Counted from the first letter of the whole stretch, positions 37,393 through 51,264 are shown. The stretch is 62,217 nt of DNA, filler included, from Sphacelaria rigidula (GCA_964200075.2; 10 parts of 10 records of this genome joined end to end with filler, not necessarily neighbours in it); one strand, 5' to 3'. Numbers and translations are program-made. The notes: generated by a model not told the origin, from the letters alone.

Positions 37393-38950
37393 CCTTTTGG
37401 GCAATCAGACCGAAGAAATCGTGAATTTGGTGACTTTGAGTCGTGATGATTTGTCCTAACCGTGTAATATTTGCTGTGTGTATCTCATGACATACTGTCG
37501 TGGTCCAACTTGTTTTCCCGCAGACCCTACGAGGTGGTTGACGCTCATCACCCAAATATCACTCTTCGGCAAATGTTCACGCTGATTCGTCGAGTTACAC
37601 ATAAACTACAGATCATGGCAAAACTTTTGGTGGATGAGGTCTTTCGATTTCTAACTTCCGCCAGTTACCGGGGATTCCAGGAGTTTCGGGGTTTTCGGGG
37701 CATCGCATGCCTTTCTGGTACCGCCGATGAGTGGCAAAATAAAAATAAAAACTCAAAAGACCCCCATTCATAGAGGGTTTCAAAACGCTCCATGACGTAT
37801 GTGTATAACGTTTCAGAGTCTTATCTTCGAGAATCTGCGTGAACATTCGCGATTTTGTGCGATGTGAAGTGAGCTTGAAAGGTGCAGCCTCCTAACTACT
37901 TGATCCTAGTATTGAGACGTGTTGTGCTGTGAAAACGAGAAAAATCGTACCATATTTTCGAGTTTCGCAACGACCGTTTGAGCAATTTTCCTGGGACTAC
38001 CCCTGGACGCGTTTTTTTTTTGCTCGGAGGCATTCTGTACCGGATTCCGAGGCCTCCAAGCCTGGACCCCCGGAAGCCGGTAAAGAGCGGATAAACTTGG
38101 AAGTATTGTTCAACCATAAATTTTCCCAGTTGGAGCACCGATACCAACCGAAATGCCAAGTTGTTTGAGCGCGACCGAAGCTTTTCTACGACATATATTG
38201 TATACTGTATGTGATATCGCCTGGAGGCTTCATGGGTCTTTGGTGCATACTGTATCATTAGTGTGAATGCGACGACGTCGAAACCCCACATGACCGAAAT
38301 AGCAGGGTTTGGGGTGTCATTCTATCCCATACTTACCGCTTTCAAATATTTTTTTCCCCTTAGATTCCCAAGCTGGTGGCGGTTACTACGCATTAAAATC
38401 TATGAGGCTTGGGCAAAACATTGGGTGAGGAATCCGTATCTTCATTTCAGACCAATTTGAAGGCCGCTGGTAGGTCGAGGTACCTCTTACCCCGTAGCAC
38501 CCCTCCTACGACCGTGAACACCAATCCGGCTGCCACCCATTTCAGTTGTCCATGGCGATCAGTATGACACCATGTATGCAACTATTGGGCAGGTATTGCG
38601 GAAGGAATCTGCTGACGACACAATTCGGGTTAATAGGCGCGAGCCAGGTCGTATTCAACAAATGTTCTTGTATGTACCCCGTCAAGCTTACACATACCGT
38701 TAGGGAATCATGCCGTACCACGCCGTTCTGTGTTATATCTGGCGTAGAAAAACATGAGTACCTACAAAGACATACATCCTCGGCATCCCATAATGGGAAA
38801 TTGATAGACTGGGAAAGTCGGTGTCGCGCGGGATGAAACAATTACACTGGTGAAGGGCCACCATAGTACTACTATTGGCTATGAGTACCGTCCTATTAAC
38901 GATCATTGATTGCAAACTTGGTTGTCATAATTTGTTCGAGAACGACCCAC

Positions 38951-39264
38951 CATGCAGATTGCAGGAATATATCCCCTGGGTAGTTGCTGTAGAGAAACGC
39001 AATAATCACCAACTTCAGGAACATTCGCCCCAGGATGGCTGCCACGGTGAACAGCTGGCACATGATGATTATCTTTCGCCAGACGACGAAGATCAGCTCG
39101 TAGGCGTCCACGAGCACGTAGCACGCCGCCAACGTCAGGACGGGGGAGTGCCAGAAAGACAGGGAGGTGTCACCCGCGCAGCCATCGTTTGTTGTGCAGA
39201 CTGAGGCCACGATGAGGAGGTGCAGACCGAAGAATAGCATCATCAGCACCCTCCAAAAGCTCGT
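38951..39264 (-). CDS. 1,3-beta-glucan (callose) synthase, GT48, transmembrane exon
   Basis: ggcAG acceptor, phase 0; TSFWRVLMMLFFGLHLLIVAS...LGRMFLKLVIIAFLYSNYPGDIFLQSA; TG/GTGGGT donor. It joins the upstream exon to give KTFVERQSWLLPL-TSFWRV. Confidence 0.8.
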
Positions 39265-42148
39265 CTGCCATTTGGACAAATAATCCATCATCACATACAA
39301 CATGAAGTAGTGTTACGGTAATATATATTGTGGACAGCACCTTCACACCATCGACAACAAACGAGTACACTATACTCCCACAGAAGAGACTGACTGACTG
39401 GCTGACTGACTACCGCGTGCGCTGCTGTGTCGATGCTCAGGTTGTAAAGTATGAGTTCGTGGATGTGCTGTGGTGATGTGGAGCGCGCAGAGGTCGATGG
39501 TTGACAGTTCCCGGGAGAGTGAGTCCCTCGCGGGAACCATACAGCTAGCAAGCTATTGGTCGTGGGAAATGATCCCGTAGACGTTGCCTAAGGGATTGGA
39601 GTTACGGGACCCCAAGAACGACCGGAACGTGCTCTCTACACATCCACAATACGATGTGAAAATGATACGGCAGCACAGAGCAGTATCAGATTATCTACGG
39701 AGTGAAATGCATCGGTGTCACTTAAAGCCGCTGCTAAAACGCTGATGGAACCTCCGGAAACGGAGGCAGACAGGAACTCCCACCCACGAGCGAAAAAGGA
39801 AAAGTAACAAGGAAAGAAACGAAGGACAAGAAGGCAAGGAAGGAAGAAATGAAAGGGGGAAAGAAGAAGAGAGAGAAAAAAATGAGCATAAACAGCATTA
39901 TGTTTATACTCGAGCAGGGTATTTGCAAACGCAAAGACACCACAACCGCCACAAAAGACTGCACATAAAGGCGGCACAACATGGAGGCGTTGTTGAGAAA
40001 ATCTGTTCATCATGGTGAAAAGATCGGACCGTTACGGAACAAAGCGTTAGATGGCCATCGTTCGCCTCACGTCAATCCAAGGGCGAAGTTCAGGGACCAG
40101 GGTTTGCAATCAACCTGCGGTCCAACATATTTCCCCCCATTGATGTCTTACTATTACTATTACTACAGAGCAGGGACCTCGTGGAGAGCTATGCTGACTG
40201 CGGCCACACAGCAACAGCCCCCAGCCTACAGGCTGGGCCGCCCAAGACGTGGACAGGGATGTGAACACGCGATTCCTATAAAATGTTGACACAATGTTCA
40301 GGACGTATGTACGAAGACTCCATTTCCGGCCCCCCAAAAAATATTTTTTATTTTTCGGGGTTATTTACGATTTTGTTCCGAAAACCTGTTCTGAAATGTT
40401 TGGTCGCCGATAATTCACGGGAAAAAATAAATAAATGTACGGGGCAAATGGGGGCGTCTTCGCACATACATACTGTACATCGTGTCAAAAATTGATATAA
40501 AAGGACCCAAAATTAAGCTGCTAAATCGCGTGTTCGTGTTCAAGACTGTTTCCTATGTGGGGATGGACCAGCGACGAAAGAATGAAACGCGGTTATGCTG
40601 TTCAATTTCGAGTATTTGTTCACGAAATTCCGACACGATGCGCATGACGTATGTTGTGACGTCCCTATTGTCCCCCGTTGACTTTTTTTTTTAAATGAGT
40701 TGTCGACGCTCTTGTACCAGGAAAAAATGTTCCGAAATTTACACCAATAACTCACGAGGGGGTGAAAAAAAAAAAGAGGGGGAAACGGCAGGGGCTTGAC
40801 ATATACCTAATGTATATCGTGTCAAAATTTCATGGAAAACGACTTGAAATTGAGCAGTGAAATCGCGTTTTTCTGTCGAGAACCGGTTCACTTGCTCTCA
40901 GAGTACAACAACCTCAGCGGGAACCTTGACATTTTCTACAAGCCCGCCGCCTTGGGGCGCTGGAGGTCTCGTCTGCGTGCCCCCCAGACCCTGCGCGCGT
41001 ACAGTACATGAATTGTTGTACAACCACAACTAGTGCAGCACGATCACTTTGCGGCCGCGGCACAACCGACTGTAACCGTAAAATGCGATTTCAGTCGTTT
41101 TTTCCCCTAATTCCGCCGCACGCGCCACCCTCAAGTCTCTATACTTCGCAGCTGACTACAGTTTGGTATTTCGCTTGATGGGAACTTGTCAGATCGCAGT
41201 GCTACGTGAAGTGAAATATGCACGTTGATTTGCAGATTACCACGATGTGTCACAGAAGGCACAACTCGCAATAGGTCGTCAGTTAGACCCGGCTGGAGGA
41301 AAGTCCGCTTCTTTGGCGGTCCAGCCTGTATGTAGGGGCGATCGCATGCCCGAATAGGACAAGACGCTGTACCTAGTGACAGCTTGTCACAGTAACCCTG
41401 CTGGTAGCGATGAGCCAGGCTTTTTTTTTCTTTCTTGTCGCGCTTTGAACTCCCCCTTTCCTCGGGACGAGTCCGTGGTCTCAAGGGATCAACTCACCTC
41501 TCCCTCGGTACACGCCTTGCATTCTGGTCTCTGGATTGGGTCAGCACTCCCTCACCGCGTCAACTCACGTCAAACAAACTCAGTCGACTTCTTTGTTTAC
41601 TCAAGTTCTCACGCTTTCCACGGTGGAAATCAGATATGGCGAAGAAGAAACCAACGCATCGGGAATCGAACCGAAGCTCTCTCCACCCTAATGGCAACAG
41701 TTGGACCATTACACCACCGGGGCGCGAGGCCTATGCGGCTCACAATACCGATACCGACTACGCTTACCCAGCAGAAAGCCGCAGATCACGTCGGGGCTTC
41801 GACCGAACGGGTAGCTCTGTTCGTCTTGAAAATATTTCGAAATGGTCTTCACCCACCAGCCTCAAGGTACTACTCGGTAATGGGGATTCCAAAACTTGGC
41901 AAGAGCACCTATTTGGCCACGATCATCGCTTCACGACTAACGCATATCTCATCTTCGTGTTTTATTTGAGAAAACGGATTTACGATGAAGCTACGGGAAA
42001 CAATGAACACGGGATACTACCCGTGATATGTCTTCATCAGTGCGTATCGTTGCACAAACAGCGCATATTGCGGGGCACTGAGGAGTTGATACTTGTAGCG
42101 CGACCTATAGCAGCATTGCAATACGCTATGACAGTATCGGAGTCTCAC

Positions 42149-42361
42149 CAAGGGCAGCAGCCACGACTGTCGCTCCACGAAAGTCTTGCTGTACTTGCTC
42201 CTCAAGGCGTCCTGGGTAAGATCCACGAGGTCGAGGTTCAGACACGATCGCAGCCAAAAAGTCTCGTTGAAGTCATCGTAGTTCTTGATCATGTACGATT
42301 TCACGCCAGCTCGTGCTTCCTCATGCTGCTCCGACAGGACGACATAGCAGGGCTTGACCAC
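42149..42361 (-). CDS. 1,3-beta-glucan (callose) synthase, FKS1 domain-1 exon
   Basis: 213 nt, phase 0-0, CAG/GTGAGA; VVKPCY..KNYDDFNETFWLRSCL..SKTFVERQSWL contains the NYDDxNExFW and KTFxExRSW motifs of FKS/CalS. Confidence 0.9.
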
Positions 42362-43524
42362 CTGTGTCAAGTATGACCTGCCCCGCGTAGATGAAATCGT
42401 CATTTTCAAGAGATACGGCAGTTGGGAACGGAAATGAGCCGTGCTAGACGCAGCACTTCCATCACCAAACCATGAAAACACCATCAAGTGATGGAAGCGA
42501 GCCCAGCAACGTGCCTGTCCCGCACTACTTCGCTTGGGGGGGATACAAGGGTTTGAGTGACTTCTGCAAAATACGGCCTGCGCCCCGTGATTGATACATA
42601 GCTGTGGTGCTGAGGGCTAGAGAAGGATTGTAGAAGACAGCAGAACACTCTGTGCTCGTGGGAGAGATAGCTGCGTCTGGCTGCCTGTGCCATGTGGAAC
42701 CCGCATACCAAGTACATGCGTGACACGTATTTTCAAGAGGCAGGGCGAGCAAAAAGACATTGAAACGACCGGCAATTGTTGTCTTACCGCCGTGTCTCCC
42801 CCGATAGCACTCTTGTGCGTTCATTTTCATCACTCGGAATATTCATTTTATCAAACGGAATACGCAATGAGCGCTCAGGCACTACTGTAGGTATGCCATT
42901 AAAAAAAAACTGATATCCGCAGTAATTCCGAAGGATCGAAATACGTTGAACAACACCATGCACAGATTTATGATGTTTAAACCGCTCAGAAACCGTTGGC
43001 TGCACCATGTACCTATACTAGGTTTTCCCTACATCTTTTCACGACGTCATTGGTAGGAAGGGAAAGCTATGGTCGGTCACGTCAACAAAAACAAAAAACG
43101 AAGAACTAGAACTAAAACAATAGTTTCTAGCTGGATTAGGGGATTCTTGTAATTTTCACTTGGTTGGCGATTTTCGAATGTTCTCCCTCGTGCCACCGCC
43201 CCATCTCACTGAATGTTTGATCTCCAAGTCTGAGGGTCGGGAGGTACTATAGACATCCGCTCCACATTCCGAAACAAACGTCGTCATTGCGCTCAATATT
43301 GAACGACTTACGGGCTGAATTGACAGGGGTGTTATTGACCGTTTTTGGACCAGAGCACATTTATTCTTTGCTCTAGCGCAATGGATAGGAAAGAACAAAA
43401 ACAAGGGTCTCTATAACTATTCACGAGAGCGATCGGGATTGCTTCACCCCCCCACCACCCTCCGCCCACAAACGCGGGCATAGTCAAGGCCCAAACGACA
43501 AAAGCACACCACAAACGATCCCAC

Positions 43525-43624
43525 NNNNNNNNNNNNNNNNNNNNNNNNNNNNNNNNNNNNNNNNNNNNTTAATTAATTAANNNNNNNNNNNNNNNNNNNN
43601 NNNNNNNNNNNNNNNNNNNNNNNN
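43525..43624. other. Artificial contig-joining linker
   Basis: N44-TTAATTAATTAA-N44. Confidence 0.99.
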
Positions 43625-44131
43625 GGGGGGTTCAAGCACGGGTGCAACACATATTCACAATCGATGTGCGTCAACAGACCTCAGCGAAAACACAAAGTGG
43701 TGTGGAGTACCAACCGCGCATCATGTCATATTTATACACATATTGGGAGGGGGGCGAAGGGGGGCGTATTCATTTGTTGCTTGCCTTATTAGTCGTTTGA
43801 CCATCGACCACGCATACCTGTCGATACGGAAGTATTTCTTTGGGAAGGGGGTGGGCTGGGGCGGGGGTAAATATCCGAAGGTGTATCCATTCTAAACCAT
43901 AATTTTACATGTTTTTGCCCATATGCTATTCCCACGCCGGCGACACACATGATTTCCTGACAGAAAATACACACACATTCACAAGCCACAAATACCCCCC
44001 CCCCCCCCCCCCCCCCCCCCCCCACCCCCCCCCCCCCCCCCACCCCNNNNNNNNNNCTCTTTCCTTTCCCACCCCCGCCACCCCCCAGTTTTCCCACCAA
44101 AAAACCCACACCCTTTCCCAACCCCCAAACC

Positions 44132-44162
<31 letters not shown>

Positions 44163-44292
44163 ACATTCAACTGCATCCCCTGCGCACAGCAGCCCGCCTT
44201 TCCCCCTTTACACACGACTTGCATTCCAAGACAGAGCATGAGCACGACAACGATCGAACCGATTTTTCCCCAGGAAGGAAGACACACAACAC

Positions 44293-44970
44293 CTTGATCT
44301 CTCCGATCATGAGCTCCTGCTCGATATTCTCTTGTTCTTCCTCCGGCTTCTCAGCTACCAGGCTCTTCCTCCGCACAAACCCCCTCGCCGCCGGGGGCGA
44401 ATCTATCCCCCCTCCGGCCACCCCTCCAGGAGCTGCTCCCCCAACATGAACCGGCTCAACGTCAGGAGCCGCACTACCAAACCGCTGGCGTTCATGACCA
44501 CTGCCCAGCTGAGACGGAACCTCCCCCGCTGCAGCGGCAGCTGCAGCAGCGCTCGAGTTCTCTACGCCACTCTTCTTGCGAATTGTCATTATCCGGCGAA
44601 GGCCGGAGCTCCTTTCCCCAGAACTCCTTTCCCCAGCACTAGCTGTCATCATATCTGTCGGTGATGACTTCGTATGAATTCCAAGTTCTGCCGCCGCCGA
44701 AACCGCCGCTGTTGTCGGTGATACTGGGTACAGGGGCCGGGAAAGGCCGGCGGCGGGGTCCTGCTGTGCGGTGGGCCGAGGTTGTTGCGAGGAAGAAACA
44801 GCAGCGGCGGCTGCGGATGATGATGGCAGCCAGGAGCTCAAGCTGGCTCCGATCGTGCCTGAGCGACTGTGTCCCCCTGAATCGTGTTTCTTCTTGCCCT
44901 CATGTCCCCCTGAATCGTATTTTTTCTTACCGGCGTTCCTGACGTCTAATCGCGACATTTCCCTGTTCAT
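44293..44970 (-). CDS. Low-complexity Ser/Ala/Gly-rich exon of an unidentified protein
   Basis: GC-rich part of the 315-aa ORF with a duplicated GKKK(Y/H)DSGGH; ends EQELMIGEIK at an AAG/GTGTTG donor. The start is uncertain. Confidence 0.6.
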
Positions 44971-45609
44971 GTTGCACGGTAAGGGTTTGTCACATACGCG
45001 CACGAGGAAATGGGGAGCGAAGAACATAGGAGGGCGGGGGGGGGTTGAGGAGGCATCACAGCATTGATTGCAGATCTCATGATGAAAAACAAAAACACCC
45101 CTGTCTTGATTCACTAAAAAGATCGTTAGGGAACGAGGTTTTGGAGCTCATCTGGTCGACGCTTCGTAATGGTGTTATGGGTAAGTACATTAGTATCCTT
45201 CAATAGTACTGAAGATCACTGGTACTGTCCCCGACATTCGGTCTGATGTGGGGGGTGTAGGTGTGAGTCGCCTACGTTTGCTACTCTCCTGTACGGACCG
45301 CTCTGCACGGCGGATTGTCAAGAGCTATCTTGCCTGCAAGCGGCAGCTTGAAGACTATTTTGTGTCTGAACTCCCAACGCAGCGTGTCTGTCAGCTCGGC
45401 TTTAGCTGTACCCAGCGCCGATCTTCGTGCCCACACCCAGACGTATCCAACGACAATTCTGAACAAAGATACACAGCTCAATGGCTCAAGGGACAACCCA
45501 ATGACTTCCATACAAACGATAGCCACTCACCAACCCCTCCCTCACGAGTCTGTGATTTTGGATCATGACACTGGCTTCACTACAGCACCCCCCCACTCAA
45601 CCCGTAACG

Positions 45610-45810
45610 GGGGCGTACTCGTGATCTTGCATGCCGCAGAAGCATGACCATTGACCTCGCATCCCTACAAAGCTGGGACGGAGCACGCCGGGTTTCCGCC
45701 GAACCAGACTCGCGCTCAATCGCCAAGCGCGAAGCGCCGTGATGTGTGCGGCGAGTCGCATGAAGGGTGAGGCTGTACCCTTCTAAGATTTTCCGGCCCG
45801 AGGCGTTCTG
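45610..45810 (-). repeat. Family B copy (extended variant)
   Basis: Aligns with 30445-30660. Confidence 0.8.
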
Positions 45811-46859
45811 ATGGAGGGGGGCGTTGGGTGTATGTATACTGTAACACTTGGAAACGATTACATCTCGGAGCTCCCGAGGTTTTCGTGTTTCGCACGACCA
45901 TACAGTTCATACGAAAAAAAAAAACACGCCCCCGTTGCTATACAGTAGAGTACATTACCCCGGGAGGGAAGGAACGGCCGAGGGCGGGGGGGGGGGGGGG
46001 GGGGGGAGGTCTGTCGGTAGCAACGTCCCATGCCTGTGCCTGCTGTCGGCAACACAGTATCCCGGAACGGAAAGAACGGAAATGAGAGAGAGACAAGAGA
46101 CAGAGAGAGACTAACCGTGTGTTTGTAGTGATGTTGGGGGGTAATATAGACGTCCAACACCAACAGGCTGTGTTCATTGCCTGAGAGAAAACTTGACCTC
46201 ATCCTCTCACTTGCACCCCAAGCAACGGATATGTTGGATGACTTATCATTTGTCGAGTATTAACCGACTCGTTACCCACTAGCCGTGGACCCACCCTTTC
46301 TGGGACACCTCGTGAGCAGGGACACTCTGCATCATACATACCCTGGGTCTTCAGGGAAATGCAACGTACAGTATAGATTCAGCAAACGCTCATGCTCTGA
46401 GGGAGAACTCCAGCTTTCCGTCTCGTAACTGTACTGTCGGCATACGCCCATTTAGAGCAAAGTTAAAAATTGAAAGCTTCACATGTCCGGAGAAATCAGT
46501 CAGGCTGATCCCTAGAGAGCACGGGCTCGTCACGAGCAAGGGGGCTACAATGAACGTGTATGACGAAAAAAGGGGGTGCATCGAGGCCAAGGGTGTATTA
46601 GGTAGGGCAAAAACCCGAGGTATTTGCTCTCCCGAATTGAATTTTGTGTTGCGATGGTCCGATCATTCAATTCTTCGCAAAACCAAAGGCGAATGAAATC
46701 CAATACAACAGCCTGTCGTACAACAGTACATGAGTTTAAAAAAAGAGTAAAACGTACACCACACGCTTTATGCACGGTATAATCTGCACAACAGAACCGG
46801 AATATATATGTTGAGATTGCGGTTGAGATTGGGGTTAGGGTGGTTGGGGTTTGAGTATT

Positions 46860-47354
46860 ATTTTTTGGAAGACCGCTCCTTGTAGCAGATACATATATAA
46901 ATCTGGAGAAGTGCCTTTTTCAAGCTTTCAAGTCGTTTTACACCCTCAGAGAGAGCTAGGCGGATTTTGACCTTGGAACGACTCGAGGTACTCGAGACGG
47001 TTCCAGCCCACCTGTGCGTTTTCCCGGTGGCCGCAGCTTCTTTCTTTCTTGCCCAGACTTGCATTTTTCTCGGCGATCGGTCAAGTCCACGTACATGAAG
47101 TTTTTCTGGAGTTGACCGGTCTCCGAGAAAAATGAACGATCTCCGAGAAAAATGCCAAGTCTGGGCAAGAAAGAAACTGCGGCCACCGGAAAAACGCACA
47201 GGTGCGCTGAAACCGTCTCAACGAGTACCTCAAGTCCCGCCAAGCTGTCAAAATCCGCCTAGCTCTCTTTGACGGCGTAAAACTACTTAGAGGCTCAAAG
47301 AAGGCGCTTTTTCAGATTTATATCTTTGACTACTACAAAAAGCGGCCAAAAAAG
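46860..47354. mobile_element. Foldback element, family D (~495 bp)
   Basis: agagagctaggcggattttgac...cacctgtgcgttttcccggtggccgcag...tttcttgcccagacttg versus caagtctgggcaagaaa...ctgcggccaccggaaaaacgcacaggtg...gtcaaaatccgcctagctctct. Confidence 0.88.
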
Positions 47355-49099
47355 GGAACATAATGATTTTATGTTTTTGGACAAGGGGAAGAACAAAAAG
47401 AGGGTTTGGGTTACTTATTGTTCATGGACGAGGGGAAGACAACAGTATGGGTCGAAAATAATTCAATCAACTCGGAAATTTTTCCATAAAGACCAGCAGC
47501 CGGCGCAAATATTTCGAGAAAAAAAGAAGGAACAGACCAGCGCTCCTTCGCAAAAAAAGGTCTTACGTACATTTTTTTGTCGACCCGAGTGATATCCGTT
47601 ATCGATCCGTTATCGATCGCGATCGAGCGGCTTGTGTAATTGGTGAGAACGTTTATAGATACCTCCCACAAAAGGTCACTCGATCGCTAAGTTCTCGGGA
47701 CCGGATGCGACCTCCTCAGCGCCTTCAGCGTCGCAGGGTGGTGTAGCACCCAGGAAGACGGAAGTATGATCCTGTCGACCCCTCGTTGGAGGCACCTATA
47801 CTAACCCTGTGTCTTGAGGTCCCCTCTGATGGGAAAACCGTTCTCAACCACTACAATGTACTCGGGACATTGATGGAAACTAGTGGGGCCGACATATGAA
47901 AAATGAAGAAGCATAGTTGGGGCTGTGCTGGGGGCGCCAAAAATAATGATGGCGACGGGGTTGCGTGGTGGCGAGACAGACTGACATGTCGGTTCGTCTG
48001 CTGATAGTGATGGGAGATTGCGGGGCCACTGATCGGGACATTGATATGACATGGCGCTGAAACGTCAAGGTGTGCCGGTGTTGCCGCCAATTTTTGCCGC
48101 ATTTAGCCGATGAGATTGGGCGGTAGTAATATAATTATATGTACAGCGGCAGTGCTACTCGGGTAAAATGTGCCCTTACACTCCCATCCACTTCAACCTT
48201 CCTTTCATTCCTTGTCGTTGGTCCCCAGGATACGACCCGGGGGAGACAAATCGCCGAAAAACATAAATAAACATATATTGCGAAAAAAACGAGTTGAAAG
48301 GGTCTTTGGGAGCTATTCATGTAGGATAACGTCAGCAGATCCATCCATCAGCTGTTTCGAAGGAGGGCATTGAAGGGGGGCGACCGCAGGGACATATGCA
48401 AGAAGTGCGATAACGCAACCCAACCATACATGAACCCCGGACCAAACACAAGCAAATATACTACGAAGCTACCGTAGAGCGGTAGTTGTTGATGAACCGA
48501 GTTTGAGTTGCTCGCGTTTTTGATCAAAATATGACGAAATCTACTGGGAAACGGAAGTGTGTCTGGCACGCACACAAACAAAATGACATGAGAGGGTCCG
48601 CGACGGCACGGTTTTGTTCTGTCAAATGACACATACGCGGCTGCTCTTCCTCCAAAACCGAGTTTTTCGTCTGTATGAGGTCGTGTCCTTAGGGCGTGTC
48701 TCAGAGAGTTGAGCGAATTCGTACATTTTTCGCGAGTTGGGCCCGCGCGAATTCGCGAGCTTTCGATCGAAAAGAAGAGACGAGTGACATTCGTGAAACG
48801 GCACTTGTGCACTTGTTCAAAGTTTAGACAGTACTGTACCGTCTGCACTGTTTGCATACAGTGTGGCTGAGTGTGTGCGCGTGTTTCGTACACAAGGATG
48901 CGACATAGAAGGGGGTGACGTGCAGTACAGACAGCGCAAAGTCATCTCTATTCTCTGTGTTTACAATTACTGCGACGTGAAAAGGGTTTGAACAACGTGT
49001 AGCTTTGTAGAGCCTGCACTGTCCATGAGCGTGTACGCAAGTCGGTCGCCCGCCCCACCACGCAGTTCCTCAGCCAAAACCATGGACGAAGATGATCAA

Positions 49100-49270
49100 G
49101 TTTTCGACAACAAAAATAAACATAATCATACCCAACCACTGCAGCGTGTCTATCCCTGTGCTCCACTCGTGCTCTATGCTGCAGGGTTGCGGTGGTGGGT
49201 GAGAATGAACTCTACGGGGTTTTGCATAGTTCTGTGAGTGGGCGGTATCTGGCATGATGGTCTGCAACAT
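49100..49270 (-). repeat. Dispersed repeat shared with 52290-52450 (+)
   Basis: ccaccgcaaccctgcagcatagagcac...cagggatag...ctgcagt.gttggg occurs in both contigs. Confidence 0.8.
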
Positions 49271-49755
49271 AGGAGTCAAGTGTTCCTTCGTGCCTCTTCT
49301 CCGCATGTCTTTGATCGAAAAAACAAGGGGCAAAAGCTTAGATGAGGGAACTTTCCCCTCCTGTCCGCGCGCTACTATTCATATATCTGATTACACAACA
49401 TAATTGAAGTCAGCAAGGAACAGAGATGCGGTGGACCCATCCAATCGAATTTTTTTCTTCTCCACCGCACATTTGCGATAAAGAAATATTGTGCAAAGAC
49501 AAGGCCTGAGACAGGTCTCCACCCGCGTTTATCCCGTACTCACTTCGCAAGCCCCCGGATGGGGGCTCCATCCTCCAAGCGTGTCGTGTCGAAAAAGCTT
49601 AGCTGAGGCAAGTTTTTCTTCCTGTCCGCGCGCTACTATTCAGGCCGCTCCTTATAGTAGACAATATGTATATATATATATATTTTGGAGATTTCACGTC
49701 GTTTTACGCCCCGAAAGAGAGCCAGGCGGGGGTCGACACCTTGGACTGACTTGGT

Positions 49756-49855
49756 NNNNNNNNNNNNNNNNNNNNNNNNNNNNNNNNNNNNNNNNNNNNT
49801 TAATTAATTAANNNNNNNNNNNNNNNNNNNNNNNNNNNNNNNNNNNNNNNNNNNN
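49756..49855. other. Artificial contig-joining linker
   Basis: N44-TTAATTAATTAA-N44. Confidence 0.99.
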
Positions 49856-50549
49856 TATTTCGGGCGTGAAACGGCGGATAAGGGCTAAAATAAAGGCCAT
49901 TTTCAACACCTCCCCCCCCCCCCCCCGACACATACTCATCACTTTCGGTCGATACTTATCTTTTGTCATTATCATCTTTCAGATTAGGGCCTGTTTTGAC
50001 GACACAAGCAAAGTGAGGACGCGCTGTGAGAGTGAGAGTGACTGTGGCGTTTCCCCTCCCCCCTCCTTCCGATTTTACCAGCTGATGGGCAATCGATCAA
50101 TCAGTGGGAAAATCAACTGAAGAAAAGAAAACACAAAAGACGCCAGAATCACGCTCACACGGCGCTTACTTACTCCTCTTCTCGAAGCAGGCCCTTAGAA
50201 ACCGTGTCAATGTCTGCGCAGTACTCCGTACTTTGGCACCTGATGCGGACGCCTTCCGTGGTCACCGACTACTGCTACTACCCACAATTACGTAATGAGG
50301 AAATCGTATCGTATCGAATACTTCCAAGTATTACATAGCGCTTTCTCTACATAGTCTGTACTGAGTCGATTTTAGTTCCGATAATTTGCTTAACGACACT
50401 ACTGCGATGTCGGCGACGGGTCCCTCCCATTTGGTGCCGTTCTCCCTTATCGATTAATGACCAGTAACATGTCAGACCTCCCGACACGCACACCCACGGA
50501 ATATCGTCCTCCTCAGTGGCTACAGTATGTCGGGAAAAGCGAGTCTCAT

Positions 50550-50862
50550 CGTCAGTTGATAACCTCGACTCCATCTAACGATTGGGTCGTGGGTTCGAAT
50601 CTCGGTCAAGTCACACGATCCGGTATTATTCCTCACATCATGCTCAACAGAGGACAGCGACTATATCGTGAGTACATAACGCTCGATTCCACGGTTGACG
50701 AGGGTAAGGGACCAATGAAGCCTTCTCGCAATGAGCATCAAGACAAGCCCTGCAGAAGCAAAAGGTGGAGTACTGAAACAAGCAAAAAACAACTTCTGTG
50801 TTGACCTTCGTCCTGTTGTGTGACCCGGCTGGTGTATCAACCTACACCGTAAGGGGTAAACT
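50550..50862 (+). mobile_element. SINE-like copy (diverged)
   Basis: tcagttgataacctcg...GGTTCGAATCtcgg...gtgttgaccttcgtcctgttgtgtgacccggctggtg. Confidence 0.7.
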
Positions 50863-51201
50863 GTGGTGTGTGTGCTGTCGTCCCACCTCTCCTGGATGCC
50901 GGTTTACACCTTTCGGAATATGTGGGCGCACCAGACGGGTCCAGACAGGACGAAAATCAACACAGGATTTTTTTCTTCCTTGTTGTGGTTTTTCACCTCC
51001 CTTTTGCGGTACTTGCCTTTACCTTATTATCGCGAGGGGTTCAGCAGTTCCTTCCCTTCATCTCTTTGTGTACCTACAACACAGTCGCCCTCCACTGTTG
51101 GGCATCGTGTGAGACAAAATCCCAGATCGCTCCGAGATTCCAACACAAGACATAACCGTCAGAGGTTGTCGAGGTCACCAACTGAGCACCGGGGCGACCG
51201 G
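50863..51201 (-). mobile_element. SINE-like copy, tail-to-tail with the previous one
   Basis: Ends ...gaggtcaccaactgagcaccggggcgacc, the reverse complement of the head; the body aligns with 24937-25297. Confidence 0.8.
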
Positions 51202-51264
51202 TTATCCATAATGGTCGGTTTCGTGACCACCTGTTCAAATTTTTCGAAAAACAAAATCTGAACA

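Noticed and set aside
41435..42376. 313-aa plus-strand ORF as a gene
   Set aside because: Its 5' half is a family C repeat and its 3' half is the antisense shadow of the glucan synthase exon.
46826..46856. Telomere-like GGGTTAGGG, also CCTAACCCTA near 59064
   Set aside because: Only one or two degenerate units in the contig interior; not a telomere.
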